Assembly: GCA_951406725.2 (NCBI GenBank)
Contig: OX597822.1
Span: forward strand, 82,026,001-82,090,000
Length of the DNA stretch: 64,000 nucleotides
Reading direction: 5' to 3'
Source of the DNA: Octopus vulgaris
Lineage: Eukaryota
How positions within the stretch are numbered: the first letter of the stretch is position 1; the number at the start of each line of letters is the position of its first letter. The notes under the pieces were generated by a model. The model saw only the letters and a program-made list of their open reading frames with translations. It was not told the DNA's origin and did not search any database. A program made the position numbers and the translations under genes. This document shows positions 11,537-24,855 of the stretch, piece by piece.

Positions 11537-11725
11537 ATTTGTCCCCTGATCATTGCTTGACAACCTATGTTGATGTGTTTATGTTCCCATAACCTAGCAG
11601 TTTAGCAAAAGACCCCAATAAAATAAATACTAGGCATACAAAGAATAAGTCCTAAGGTTGATTTCTTTGACTAAAACCCCTTTAAGGTAGTGCTCCAGCA
11701 TGGCCACAGTAAAAAACCTGAAACA
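11347..11725 (+). mobile_element. SINE-1 copy
   Basis: Head, core and tail homologous to 8715-9075. Confidence 0.8.
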
Positions 11726-11774
11726 TGTAATATATATATATATATATACACTCAACAGGTTTCTTTCAGTTTCT

Positions 11775-13795
11775 GTAATGGTTCTGCAGAGTAGGGCATG
11801 GAAGTGTCACTATGAAAGGTTGCTAAATGCAGAGAATGCTTGGGAGGAGAGTGGGCCCAACATGAACCCAACAGAGTGATTGGCTATCTGAATCGGCAGT
11901 AACTTAGTACATGAAGCAATTAAGGATATGAAGACAAGGAGAGCCCCTGGCCCTTCAGGAATCACTGCTGAGATACTTAAAATATCTGGCAGAATGGGAT
12001 ATGACCTAGTCACCCATAGAGTTAATCAGGTTGTCCACGAGGAAGTCATGTCCAACCACAGGTGTAGCAGCATTATAGTCAACTGTTACAAAGATGAAGG
12101 CAATGCTTTAGACAGAAATAATTACAGAGGCATCAAATTACAGGATCAGGTGATGAAAGTTACAGAAAAATCATAGTTCAATTATAATTAGGAAGAAAGG
12201 TAGCCTTTATGAGATGCAGTTTGCTTTTGTGCCTGAAAGAAGCACCTCTAATGCTGTCTTCCTGGTGAGACAATTGCAGGGGAAGTACTTGGCCAAAAAT
12301 AAACTTCTGTACTTGGTTTTTGTTGACATGGAGAAATCCTTTGACAGGGTCCCTTGCTCCCTTATCTGGTGGGTAATGTGGAAGCTAGGGATAGACGAGT
12401 GGGTGATGAGAGCTGTAAAAATCAGTTACAGGAATACTGTCAGTAAAGTGAAAGTGGCCAATGAGTGTAACAAGGAATTTAGTGTACAAGAAGCAACCCA
12501 CCAGGGATTGGTTCTCAGCCCCATCTTGTTTATCATAGTCCTCCAGGCTATAATAAGAATTTAAGCTCCCTTGGGAGCTTCTCTACTCTGATGACCTTAT
12601 TCTTATTCCTGAATCATTACCAGAACTAGAGAAGAAATTTCAGGTATAGAAGCAAGGACTGGAACCAAAGGACCTTGGAGTTAATTTAGCAAAGGCCAAA
12701 ACCCTAATAAGTAAAAAAACAGACAAATCACAGATTCTTTCAGGGAGATGGCCCTGCTCAATATATTGAAAAGGTATTGGTAGAATTTCATAAGTTGTAA
12801 TCCAGTACAAGCTATGGACACAGTGGTATAACAGGAAGGTTAACAGAGAAAGTAGTCCTTACATGTGGCTGATGTGCAGGTATATTAAACACCAGAAAAT
12901 AGACTCCCTCAAATGTCCAGTGGGATCCTTAGAAGTAGTAGACAGTTTCTGTTACTTAGTGACCAAGTTAGCAATGGTGAAGGCTGTTCTGAATGCAGAG
13001 CTGTTTGAATAAAAATGGGCTGGGCAGAATTCAGAGAGCTACTACCTCTGTTAGTAACAAAGGACCTCTCCCTCACAGTGAAAGGCAGATTGTATGATGT
13101 GTGTGTACAAACAGCTATGCTACATGGCAGTAAAACATAGGCTGTGATTACTGTGGAGATGCAACACCTTGAAAGGAATGAAGCCAGCATGCCCTGCTGA
13201 ATGGATAATGTCAGTGTGTATGTACGACAGAGTGTAGGTGATTTGAGAGAAAAACTGGGAATATGAGCCATCGGATGTAATGTGCAAGAGAGAGGATTGC
13301 ACTGGTATGGTCATGTAGTGTGTATGAATGAAAACAATTGCATAAAGAGGTGCTGATCTCTAACTGTGGAGGGAACATGTAGAAGGGGAAGACGTAGGAA
13401 GAAGTGGTGAGAAAGGACCTTCAGACATTGGGTCTCACAGAGGGGATGGTAGGGGGCCGAAACTATGGAAGGTTTACTGTGCTTGAGAAGACATGCTAAG
13501 CTAAGTGAAAGCATGATTGTCCATGTCCCTCTCTAGCTGAGCGTTTCTAATCTTGCAGGCTTGTGGGTGTTGTTGCCACGTAAAAATCATCTGTACCAGT
13601 GCCACGTAAACACACCTGTGCCGGTACTGCGTGAGAGCATCCAATACTCTCTGTAAAGTGGTTGATGTTTGGGAGAGCATCAAGCTGTAGAAACCATGCC
13701 AGAACAAACACGGTGCCTGGGCAGCTACCCAGCTCCTGTCAAACCATCCAACCTATGCAAGCATGGAAAAACGGACGTTAAATGATGATGATAAT
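11775..13795 (+). mobile_element. 5'-truncated RTE-clade LINE (reverse transcriptase to 3' UTR), inactivated
   Basis: ORF fragments RAPGPSGITAEILK, NYRGIKL, QFAFVPERSTSNAVF, FVDMEKSFDRV, QGLVLSPILF and LYSDDL (about 12580), then RLHWYGHV. It has many stops and frameshifts and ends in (GAT)n. Confidence 0.93.
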
Positions 13796-14595
13796 GTAAG
13801 AATATTGCTTTTTTAAGCACAGACATCGTAGGTAAAAAACAAGCCTAAATATTTGATACTAAAATAAACCTTTCATCGGTAGCTGATGGATACGTGTTTA
13901 TATTTGTGTAGCCACAGATTTTAAACTCATCTTAATGGGGGATACACATGTTTTTGTTTTTATACACAAAAGCAGTTGAGCTTTAATATACACGTATTTT
14001 CACATATACAGATATATGTACGTTTACATAAATACATATAAATACATATATATTACTGGCAGAGATTCCTCCACATTGCCACAAACAAACATGAATGCAC
14101 ACATGCAAATACGTGTGTTCAAACAGATGTTCACAAATATACATAAATAATTACATACACACACACGTGCAAGCACAGAAATGCATGGACACATATGTAA
14201 GTATAGATACTACCGCATTAACATACACTTATATTTGTGTACAACACTTATTATCTGTTTATATGTGCGTACATACGGACAGATAGGCATATATTTCTAC
14301 GGTTATGCACGTATATGTGTGTGTGTGTGTGTGTATGTGTTTCTCCTCCAGTTTTTAAGACATGACGTTTGCTTTTCGATTCCAAATTCATCCTTGATTT
14401 TGAATGTTCTTAATTTTGGGTATGAAGAAGTTTGGTGGAACCAACACATGAAGTTGTCATTGCAAGGAAGCTGTGTCTGCCACCTTCTTTAACCACTTTT
14501 GTTTGTTGTGTGGTTAAATCATAGATTGAACAATGTGTGGAATGGACCAGATGACAATGCACAACAGCTACTACTGCTACTACTACAACCACTAT

Positions 14596-14631
<36 letters not shown>

Positions 14632-15466
14632 ACATCATTCAAATATAAACCATAACAAGAGAGCGTTAGTAAAGCATGTAGACATTTGGCCCTCTTCCAG
14701 TTGAGAAAAAAATAAGCTTACACACACGCACATACGAAGTCACTTGCTGACATATACACATTCTTTTAATCACCAAAAACACGCACAGACACCTGTAAAT
14801 ATATACCTACACATACACACAAACGCATGCACTGAAAGGCACATAGACAGCGATAATTTCTCCAGTTTTTGTTTTCATAACCTTCAACGCATTTTTTTAA
14901 AAGATGTATGTGTGCGTATGCCTGTGTGTGTGTGCGTGTAATTGTCTGTACCTATTTACAAATATGTTTACATGTGTTTGTGTATATGAACTGAATTACA
15001 CGTGTTACACATGTATGTGACCTGTGTCAGGTCAGTCTTTGTGCTACTGGTAACATGTAGCCCAGTACGACTTGTGGCATGGTCAAGCCTTCTACAACTA
15101 AACTACCAACCTTACTAAGCCTGTCCGGTAAGGAAGGAGGCTTTCGTCGGACAGCCTGCAGGATGACAAACAAAATCCATCGAAGGATGAATAAACTCGG
15201 TAGAGTCAACGACCATCCAACAGCTGAAAGTAAGAGGCTCTTAGCTTTTACTTAGACATCTTTCTCAGACAAGGCAATTCTGGAATAACACCTGCCTCAT
15301 TATAAAGCTGGAGATTTTGTTTTTGCTTTCTCTTGGAATCCTTGGCAAGAATCTGCGCAAGTTGTTATTGACTTCAGCATTAAATGGTGTTGCTGACAGC
15401 CACTGTCTTTAACATTTCTGACAAGAGAATCCGTCAGTGACAGTCACACATGCTGAGTCGAAAGTC

Positions 15467-15469
<3 letters not shown>

Positions 15470-15513
<44 letters not shown>

Positions 15514-15825
15514 ATGTGTGTACGCACTTACGTATATATGTGCACATACGTATGTATACATCCATGCATGTACATATGTCTGTATGTATGTATGCATACA
15601 CATACGTATGTAAGTATGTGTGTGTATGTACGTACGCACGAATGCGTGTACATACGTACGTATGCATGTATGCATGCATATACGTACGTACATACGTATG
15701 TATGTGCGTACGTATTTATGTATATGTACGTACTTGCGTACGTATCTATATATGTAGGTATGCATGTGTGTACGTATGCATGTATGTGTACGTATATACG
15801 CACGTATATATGTATGTATGTATGT
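15470..15825. repeat. Long compound alternating purine-pyrimidine microsatellite (TG/TATG/TACG/TGCA)
   Basis: Directly visible. It generates the spurious ORFs at 15409-15918. Confidence 0.9.
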
Positions 15826-16180
15826 GGAGGCGCAATGGCCCGGTGGTTAGGGCAGCGGACTCGCGGTCATAGGATCGTGGTTTCGATTCCCAGACCGGGC
15901 GTTGTGAGTGTTTATTGAGCGAAAACACCTAAAGCTCCACGATGCTCCGGCAGGGGATGGTGGTGATCCCTGCTGTACTCTTTCACCACAACTTTCTCTT
16001 ACTTCCTGTTTCTGTTGTACCTGTATTTCAAAGGGCTGGCCTTGTCACTCTCTGTGTCACGCTAAGGGTACATGTGTCTGTGGAATGCTCAGCCACTTAC
16101 ACGTTAATTTCACGAGCAGGCTGTTCCGTTGATCCGGATCAACCGGAACCCTCATCGTCATAACCGACGGAGTGCTTCCA
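15826..16180 (+). mobile_element. tRNA-derived SINE (SINE-2)
   Basis: Head GGAGGCGCAATGGCCCGGTGGTTAGGGCAGCGGACTCGCGGTC..GGTTTCGATTCCC carries A and B boxes. A second copy is at 44875-45255. Confidence 0.85.
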
Positions 16181-18277
16181 TTATTATTCCATTATATGCG
16201 TACATATATATGTACGTATGTATGTACATGTATAAATGTGTGTGTGTGCTGCATATCTGTGTACATATCGATGTAATGGACAAGCATGGCTGACTGGTTA
16301 AGAAGTTTTCTTTGCAATCTGAATATCATTAGTTCAATTCCACCACAAAGCACTTCAGGTAAATATCTTTTACTCTACCTTTAGGTTGCCCCAAGCCTTG
16401 TACTTGAAAATGGACCGATGGAAACTGTGTGGAAACCCGTTGGAGTGCTTGTACCGGTAATTTAGTGGTGCACAGTTGTTACACTAATTGCGCCTTGGGA
16501 TTATGTTAAGAGTCGATGATTTGTCTGTTAGCTCCAAGTAAAATCAATGAGCAGGAAACCCTGGTAATGGAACACCCGAACACTCGTTACCAGAACTGGC
16601 AGAGATCCATTCATTCACACACACAAGTACATTCCAGATGTGGGGCTTAAGAAGTTATCTACAGATTGTTTCAGTGTGTGTACGAACGAAGCCTACTTTC
16701 TAAACACCTCAGTTCTCAGAGAAGTGGCCATATTAAAATCAAATTTTTTTAAAGGTAGTTGGTTATTATTTGGCTGCTATTTCTAACAGCCCGATTAACC
16801 GCGTGAAGGTATTCGTTATCGCTAGTAAGATGAGACTTACCTCCCTTGAAGTTAAATTTGCGCAGTCAGCTATCAGAGTTATGTCCACTTGGTATAGGGT
16901 CGCTATTGATTAAAACAAACGTTTGTACACGCACATACATGCGTGTATGCATATATCTCTCTACCTTTCGTTCTCTTCCCCATCTGCCCTTCACACACAC
17001 AAACACTCTCTCTCATTCAGAAGAGGTAAAAGAAACTCTGTAAGAGTGATGGGCTCCACCTGTTTTAAAAGATGTTCAGGAGTGTTGCTAATTTACTATT
17101 TTTAATGCTAAATCTAAGATTTTTTTTCTAAGCATTTTGCAGGAAAATCTCGAATCTAGCATTTAGCAGGGAAAATAACAGTTTGAAAAATTTATTTAGC
17201 ATTTTTCTCAGATCGTGACATTTTCACAATAGTTACCCTTTTTCTTCTCCATTTTTCCCCCAAGTACGTTACGCCTTAATTTATTGTTGAATTTTTTCTT
17301 TCGCTTTCATGATAATCCAAATAAAAGATTATCGAGTACTTTATCGTTACCCTTTCCGCTTTGACCGAATGCAGGGAACGGGAGAAATAACTCGCGTTGT
17401 CACCTGAGATCCCCTCATAAAAAATTCACTGGTTATAGGAACCGACAATGCCAGTATAACGATAGGATCCACAATAGAACCAGTTATTAGCAGAATTTTA
17501 CGAAAATGGTTTGAATTCCAAACTCACTTCCAATCTACAAGGACAAAAGGAAAATGCTTTACAGCTCAAATGCTACACGAAATGTTTTGTGAATCCAGGA
17601 ATGAATTATTGACTTTTATTTTTGCATCCAATCCTAAAACATGAGGTGAATGAGCAGTTTGAATCAAACACAGCCGAAAAAACAAAATTTCTTGAAGGTC
17701 ATTCGAATTTAATCAAATCTATTTGTTCCATGTGTCTTCTAGTATACCCTCGGACCAACGAAAGCCTTGAGTGGATTTGGTAGACAGAAACTGAAAGAAG
17801 CCCATCGTGTGTGTATATGTATGTATGTATGTATGCATGTATGTGTGTGTGTGTGTTTTTTGCATCTGTGTTTGTCCCCCGCCACCACTTGACAACCGAT
17901 GTTAGTGTGTTTATGGCCCGTAACCTAGCGGTTCGGCAAAGAAACTGATAGAATAAGTACTGGGGTCGATTCATTCGATTAGAAATTCTTCAAGGTGGTG
18001 TCCCAGCATGGCCGCAGTCTAACGGCTGACACGGGTACAGAAGAAAGGATAAATATGTATCGATATGAAAATCGAGTATATATGTCCATTAAAACTTCGT
18101 TGAACTAATTGAAAAACAGAAATCAATGTTATTGAATTAAGAACGAATAGGTTGCGGTGGTTGAAATGGTAGAGCATCGTACTAGATGCATTATTCTTGA
18201 TGAGACTGGATTTGATATTCATTCTTCCAACAAAACAAAATCTAGTCGAGTTCAGAGATCGATGGGCCAAGAAATTC

Positions 18278-18387
18278 TTAGGTTTGAAGCGGGACTAGTT
18301 GGGTTATATTTCGAGGCGGTTCTGGTGGGGTAGCCGACTTCTTCGATTCTGCATCCAATCCGATCGCATCCACACTTAAACATGGAT
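18278..18387 (-). CDS. Candidate terminal coding exon of an unidentified gene
   Basis: Acceptor tgcag|AT, open in phase 1: DPCLSVDAIGLDAESKKSATPPEPPRNITQLVPLQT*. It is phase-compatible with 18463-18534 across a 75-nt GT-AG intron. Confidence 0.35.
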
Positions 18388-18462
18388 CTGCATACACATC
18401 TTTTACTCAAACCAACGAGAATTATTTCTACATGTATAATCATAAATATGCTTGTCATTTAC

Positions 18463-18534
18463 CGGGTAGCGTAACTAGGTTTGTAAGGGTTTCACTGAAG
18501 TCCTCCTTTGGATGTAGATTATCTAGAGCCATCC
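18463..18534 (-). CDS. Candidate 72-nt coding exon
   Basis: ctacag|GG ATG GCT...CCC G|gtaaat encodes MALDNLHPKEDFSETLTNLVTLP as a symmetric phase 1-1 exon in non-repetitive sequence. Confidence 0.35.
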
Positions 18535-20035
18535 CTGTAGATTATACAGGATTGTATTATAAAATGTGAAGGCGCGTGGCTTAGTGGTTAGGGTGTTGCT
18601 CAAGGTGCCACGCAGTGGGACTGAACCCGGAACCACGTAGTTGATAAACAAGCTACTTACCACACAGCCACTTCATGTATGTGTGTGTGTGTGTTCAGAT
18701 AGATTCTTAAATGGTAACTACACACTGAAGTGCTATTGTGTTGTTTTCGTGTTCTTCAACAATCTTCATTATGATGGGGACGGGCAGTGATAAGTCAACA
18801 GGTACCAACCTCAAGCAATAGGGGGTTGTCAGAAATTAAGTCTGTTGGAATTTGCTCCAAAGCTAATCGCAATATCTTATTCTCTGTCCCCGTGTATCCT
18901 CTCCTTCCACCGTCTCTTTCTTCCCACCAACACGTCAGAAGCGCAGAGCATAATAGCCATAGCATATACGCCAATGCATTCTATGTTTGGCGTGCAATGT
19001 TGCTCCGAGATTTCTTGCCTGGGGCCACAAGATAACCATTACTAAGGGGAAGCCTAGCAAAAATCTTGGTACTGTCGGATACTGGCAGGAAAGACTAATG
19101 CTTGCTTCTGAATACACTACAAGAGTTAGACAATGGTAACGAACAGCTAGAAATAGGAGGCCTAGAAGGTAGATGGGGGGAGAGAGCCCTTTATACTTAT
19201 CTGGCCAACCATTTTGTACTACACAACACTATTACACACACACACATTAAGGTAGCAATTGAATTTAATCACCTAGCATCCAACTTATGTTGCCGAACAG
19301 TTTTAGACTGAAAAAAACCTTTCAAGTGTGGAGAGGTCAATTAACAATCGTCGGACACGACTGAATGGGAAAGTGTGTGTGTGTGTGAACCTTACTGTAA
19401 ATATTTAAGAAAACGGACATTTATAGTAATGTTTTGGTAATTAATCCTTTAAGAAAGCTGATTTATTTTTTTAAATAGTTTGCGAGTTATATAATGAAAT
19501 GGCTGTTCTTATTCGTAAAAAAAAATATTAACGATTCCCAGAAATGTGTAAAAACGAAACATTTTTCATGAAAACCTTTATATAAATAATATAAATAAAA
19601 AATGAATGATTATGACGTAACAATTCTATGAATACAATCTGAAGATTTTGCTCACTTCAATTCTGTTGTCGTCGGAATTGCTGCAAATCGATCTCAGGTT
19701 GATATTTATGTGAATTATTGATCTACTTCTTTGATCTAAATAATAATCTTTGATTATTTTAACTTAATGAGCCTATCTTTGTATAATTATGTATTTGATT
19801 GATTACTTATTTACCAATTGGTTTTAACACGAATTTCTCTATTTTTCCCTGAATTTTAGTTTATTGACAACGTCACTTCGCCATTGCTTCTTTCTTTTCT
19901 TTTCTTCTTCCTTCATCTTTCTATTGTGTTTGTTTATTTTCGTTTGTTTATTTTCGTTTGTTTATTTTCGTTAGATTTTTATATTCGCGCATTTAATTTT
20001 GAAAAAAAAAAAAACAAAAACAAAAAAAGAAAGAA

Positions 20036-20404
20036 ATGACGTGTCCGCCGCCCTCGCCACCGAACGAACTGTATCCGTTATCGCGAATACAGTCGTTGCC
20101 GGAAGAGTCGTCTTCAAGAGAGAAACCCAATCAGAAAAAGCATATGTTCCGCAGTTTTTGCAGATTTATATGTTGTTCTGAAAGAAAAGCTAACGAAGCC
20201 AGAGGCTCCATATTTGCAAGTAGTATTATGTCTCGGAAAACTGACTTGTTAGACATATGTATGTGTCGGAAGTGCAGATTTATAAGGGGTAAAGCTGTGA
20301 GGTTCGCCTCCTTATTGGAGACTATCTGGGAGATTCCTGACGGCGATCCGGAAGACGAACTGGAGTGTTCAAGCAGTGGGGTGACGGAGGTTAGAGTGAA
20401 AGAA

Positions 20405-20436
<32 letters not shown>

Positions 20437-20572
20437 AGAAGTAGAGGAGGTGGTGATAGAAATGGAAAACAGGTGGAGGAGGAGGAGGATCAGAAGCAAG
20501 ACGTGGAATAGGTCGGTATTTGACGATAGGAATAGAACAATTGGAAATAAAATGAAGGCAAAGAATGAATAG
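20036..20572 (+). CDS. Candidate intronless orphan ORF (178 aa) with RVxF-type motif and poly-Glu tract
   Basis: True ATG with A at -3 and mostly non-repetitive sequence. KAVRF lies at 20291-20305. The same frame continues past two TAG codons to 20815, followed by AATAAA at about 20820. Confidence 0.45.
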
Positions 20573-21419
20573 AAGGAAGGAGAGTGTGACAAAGGCGAAA
20601 TCTAGAAGGAACCTGAGCGAGTAATGCAGGAGCTGATGGAAGAGAAAGAGCTGGTGGTAGAAATGCTGAAGAGGAAAGAGAAGCAGAAGAAGAGAGACAA
20701 GATGGAGGTTGAGGAAACGAAGGTAGAGGGGTTGGTAAGGTTGATGGAAGGTCTAGAACCGGTGAAGGAGTTCAAATACTTGGAGAGCAACAAGATGTGG
20801 CAGATTCACTACTGAAAACAATAAAAAAAATTAAATAATATACATTTATGGATTTGTGTTGCAAGATTCCTGTTGTGAAACCATGTGTTGAAATAAATAT
20901 TGTTATATTTTGGGACGGTCATTCTTTTTCTTTCTTTTTTTTTTGCCAATGAACAATGGACGTAAGATAAAATAAACGAATGAAGAACGAATATATTGAG
21001 CATGCGTTTATTTGGCAAAAAAAAAAAAACGGACTGTCCCGAAATATAACAACAAAATAATATAAATATAATAAAAGTATTAAAAAACTCTAAACCAGTC
21101 AAGTTTTGATGATGTCAAGATGGTTTGTTAAACCTTTAGTTTAACATACATTTAGTTTTGTACACTCACAAGTTAAAATATATCGTTATATTTCTGTAGG
21201 TTTTAAAAGTTACACGTCTAATGAATGCACAACACTTATAAACAATTAACAGAATTTTATTCTTCGCACAAAATATTTTCCGATATTTACAGCCTGAAAA
21301 GACAATGCTGTAGTTATTACAAAATATTGGGTTAAAAGTAGGCTCTGTAAATAAGATGTCACGAGCGAAAAAAATACCATGCTAGGTTTATGATTGGAAA
21401 CTGTAGCTGATGTCTTTTC

Positions 21420-22800
21420 TCTTTATTTCTTATTTTTGTCTTCATGTTCTGAATCATCTCAGAATCCAACTAGCCAGTCATTTGCAAATTGTTGCCATCT
21501 TAGCAATATGAACACAGAATGATGCATCGTTATTCACATGAATTCTGAAATCACACACTTGACTGTGACTGGAGACTTTCAGTACTTCTTAGCTTTATGT
21601 ATTCCAATTGCAATCTGTGGGTTAACTGCGGAGTGCCAGAGATTTCTCACCATTGAACTGCATGTGGTTTCCTTCAGCCCACTTGTATATTGTGATCAGG
21701 TCTTTTTGTAGTTTTGCATTATCATCAGAATTCTTAACTACCACTGATGCTTTTCCATAGTCAGTGCAGCTTGTAAGAGTTATTGCTGACTGTATGAATA
21801 AGGAGATGGCGGTGAGCTGTCAGAAACGTTAGTACACCGGGCGAAATGCTTAGTGGTATTTCGTCTGCCATTACGTTGTGAGTTCAAATTCCGCCGAGGT
21901 CGACTTTGCCTTTCATCCTTTCGGGGTCGATTAATTAAGTACCAGTTACACACTGGGTTCGATATAATCGACTTAATACCTATGTCTGTCCTTGTTTGTC
22001 CTTTCTGTGTTTAGCCCCTTGTGGGTAATAAAGAAATATGTATGAATAGGGAGATGTTTGAGAGAGCCACCATGAACAGTAGTAACCCCAACATTGTTCT
22101 CTGAGGATTCCCACAATAACTGATGTTTCCAGGAGAGAAGACCATTGGCTACAATCAAAATAACTGACTCCTGCTAGATTTCCAGACAAGCTGACGGCAT
22201 GCAGTTTGTGATATATCATATCATTCCATGGTCAACTTTACTGAAGGCCTTCTCTAAGTTAAAATACATCATATCGACATTTAAATGATAGTGTTGCTGT
22301 TTCAGTACCCAGTTGTAATGCTGAAGTAGGTGCGTGAGGCGGCTCCTTCCAGGACAGAAGCCATGCTGTCCATCAATGATTGAGCAATAGAAAGCTGATC
22401 ACATTCTTCTGCTTTCTCCTTCGCAGATATAGCATATTATACCTTCTTGTGACATTTTGAGAAGTTAGTCACATTTGAAAAAAGGGCTGCAAAATATTGT
22501 CACTTGTTTAATTACAAGTTTTCTCGCATGTCTCTAAAAGAATTACAGCAAAACCATCAGAGCCTGTTGCTAAGTTCAAATTCATCTTATTAATGGTTGG
22601 TATTACATCTTTGATGGTGGAATTCTTTTTCAATCCCTCCTATAATTGATATGATTAAAGTGTACTCCTCCAAAGGTTTTGCAGGGATCAAATCTCTGGA
22701 CAGTTAATATTTTCCTATTGATCATTCAGAATGCTTGATGGCTGGTGGTTTTAACCTGTGTAATACATCAACTGCAAATAAATTACCTTGCTACAAAAAC
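21420..22800 (-). mobile_element. Decayed CR1-type LINE RT fragment, interrupted by a SINE
   Basis: Minus strand near 22220-22360 reads GRSRLTHLLQHYNWVLK...NVDMMYFNLEKAFSKVDHGMI, the CR1-like D..KAFD.V.H region. Confidence 0.75.
21803..22038 (+). mobile_element. tRNA-derived SINE (SINE-3) with GCCTTTCATCCTTTCGGGGTCGAT..AAGTACCAG core
   Basis: B box GAGTTCAAATTCC. From memory the central domain resembles Meta/MESC-type SINE cores. Further copies lie at about 22850-23003 (plus), 58545-58760 (minus) and 62960-63170 (minus). Confidence 0.8.
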
Positions 22801-23039
22801 ATTTGTAGCATATATCAAACACTTAATGTGTATTCATCTTTATTTCATCTACTGCTACGTTCCGAGTTCAACTTCAGCCGAGGTTGACTTTGCCGCGATA
22901 AATTAAGAGTTGATAAATTAAGTACCAGTTGCGTACTGGGGGTCAATCTAATCGACTTACCCCTCCCCAAATTTCCGAATTTGTACCTATAGTAGAAAGG
23001 ATTATTATTATTATTATTATTATTATCATTATTATTTCT

Positions 23040-23700
23040 TTCTATCACAGGTTTTGTTGGAACCCTCGGTGTCTTGCATGAATAGCAGGCTTGCTACCTG
23101 CAGTCTACAGTACCATGCTATCTGTTCTTTTCTGCTATCTAATACTTTCCTGGTTATTCTGGCCATTCCAAGGAGGCAACACTTTTGTAAACAGTTCTAC
23201 TGGACACACTATTCCAATTTCCTTTATACTCCTCTTGATGCCTTCTGATACTGTTCCCAAAGACCCAACAATAATTGGCACTATCTTCACCTTCTTCATT
23301 TTCCATAGCTGGGCTATTTTGTACTTAAGAAGGTTGTATTTATCTATTTTCTCGCCTTCCTTCTTGACTATTCATAAGTCAAAGTGGCATGTAACATCAA
23401 CTATATAGCACATGTGGTACATCTTGTTGACCACCTCTAGGTCCAGTCTGTTATATTCTAGCACCTGATCTGTTTGGATTGGGAAATCCCCGAGGATTTT
23501 GCTAGTCTCTAACTCTGCGCCACTCTCTGCAGTTTGTGCTCATACCATGTTGTCTCTCTCTAGCCCCCACTTTTCACACAGTTTCCAATGAAGCACTTTC
23601 ACTACCAGATCATGTTGCCACAACTTGTAGTGGTTTTGGACAAGTCTAGGGTATTTGTTCATGATATGGGTGATGGTTTCATCCACTATTACAGATGCAG
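23040..23700 (-). mobile_element. R4/Dong-clade LINE 3' fragment (restriction-like endonuclease domain)
   Basis: ETITHI...QHDLVVKVLHWKLC...KILGDFPIQTDQVLEYNRLDL...IVDV...EKIDKY...IVPIIVGSLG. The 3' end abuts (TAA)n at about 23003-23035. Confidence 0.85.
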
Positions 23701-24289
23701 CGCATATATACATGTACTGGTAGTACCCCAGCATGGTCACAGCATTTAGGCTGAAAAAATAAAAGAATATATATATATATATATATATATCACGCCTGTG
23801 CCGGTGGCACGTTAAAAGCACCCACTACACTCACGGAGTGGTTGGTGTTAGGAAGGGCATACAGCTGTAAAAACATTGCCAGACCAGACTGGGCCTGGTG
23901 CAGCCTTCTGGCTTCCCAGACCCCAGTTGAACCGTCCAACCCATGCTATCATGGAAAGCAGATGCTAAATGATGATGATGATGATATATATGTATATATA
24001 TATATATATATAAGTGCATACGCATTTAATTAATTACATAATTATGTTAAAGTTTTATCATTTCTTATAGATTTTTCAGATTTTTTAATTAGATTCCTAT
24101 AGTTAGTTTGTAATAGCAAAGTTCCAAACTCCATATCTAACATTTCTAGATCTTCACAGTCTCATTTTCAAGAATTGAAAAGTGTTGATGTCTTCTCTTG
24201 TTTTGTTTCTTGCTTGATACTCTTGCTTTGTGGGGCTGGAGCCATCTTGGTTAGTGGTCTCAAAAACATCATCGAGCATTGAGCCAATC

Positions 24290-24650
24290 AGGTCTGCCAG
24301 TGCTCTCTGTCACTGGCGGTCCCATGTCAGATCCTTTGCATCCTACAAGGTGACGTTGAGCCTGTGGAGATCTTCTCAAATCAGGTCCAGCCATCTGGTC
24401 TAGGGCCTTCCATGAGGCCCCTTCCAGCCCATAGGTGCTGTGTCAAATGAGAGTAAAACCCTGGTAGGATGATCTTATGGGAGACAGAGAACATGTCTGT
24501 ACCAGGGCATGAAAGGGATAGCTATGGGATGAGAGGCTGTGTGCTGATGTGTGTGTGTGCACACAGTTCTTTGTTGAAAACATGATGGTACCATCTGATG
24601 TTCTCAATGGTTCTCAGGGCTCTGCTATCAAAAGCCATTGATTCCCTTTG
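24290..24650 (-). mobile_element. Decayed LINE ORF2 C-terminal fragment
   Basis: AFDSRALRTIENIRWYHHVFNKEL, followed by a WYRHV-like motif. Confidence 0.6.
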
Positions 24651-24812
24651 CCAGGGTCTTTGAGATGGGCCATGTTTCTGCTCCATTGTTTCTTGTATAC
24701 TATATTTACATTGATTTCTTAACTTTCCTGCCAAAGATTTTTCTGACTGTTAGCATCCTATTCATTCAAGGCTGACCTCAAACTAAACAACATTGCATAC
24801 ACTCAATATCAT

Positions 24813-24855
<43 letters not shown>

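Noticed and set aside
15027-15420. Possible LINE 5' UTR with HDV-like ribozyme, or an exon
   Set aside because: I could not build the nested double pseudoknot or a consistent reading frame by eye.
15826-15900. tRNA gene
   Set aside because: It is a SINE head, followed by the SINE body in multiple copies.
15409-15928. Overlapping Cys/Val/Tyr/His-rich ORFs, and the many similar YIYI/HTHT ORFs
   Set aside because: Dinucleotide microsatellites lack stop codons in several frames.
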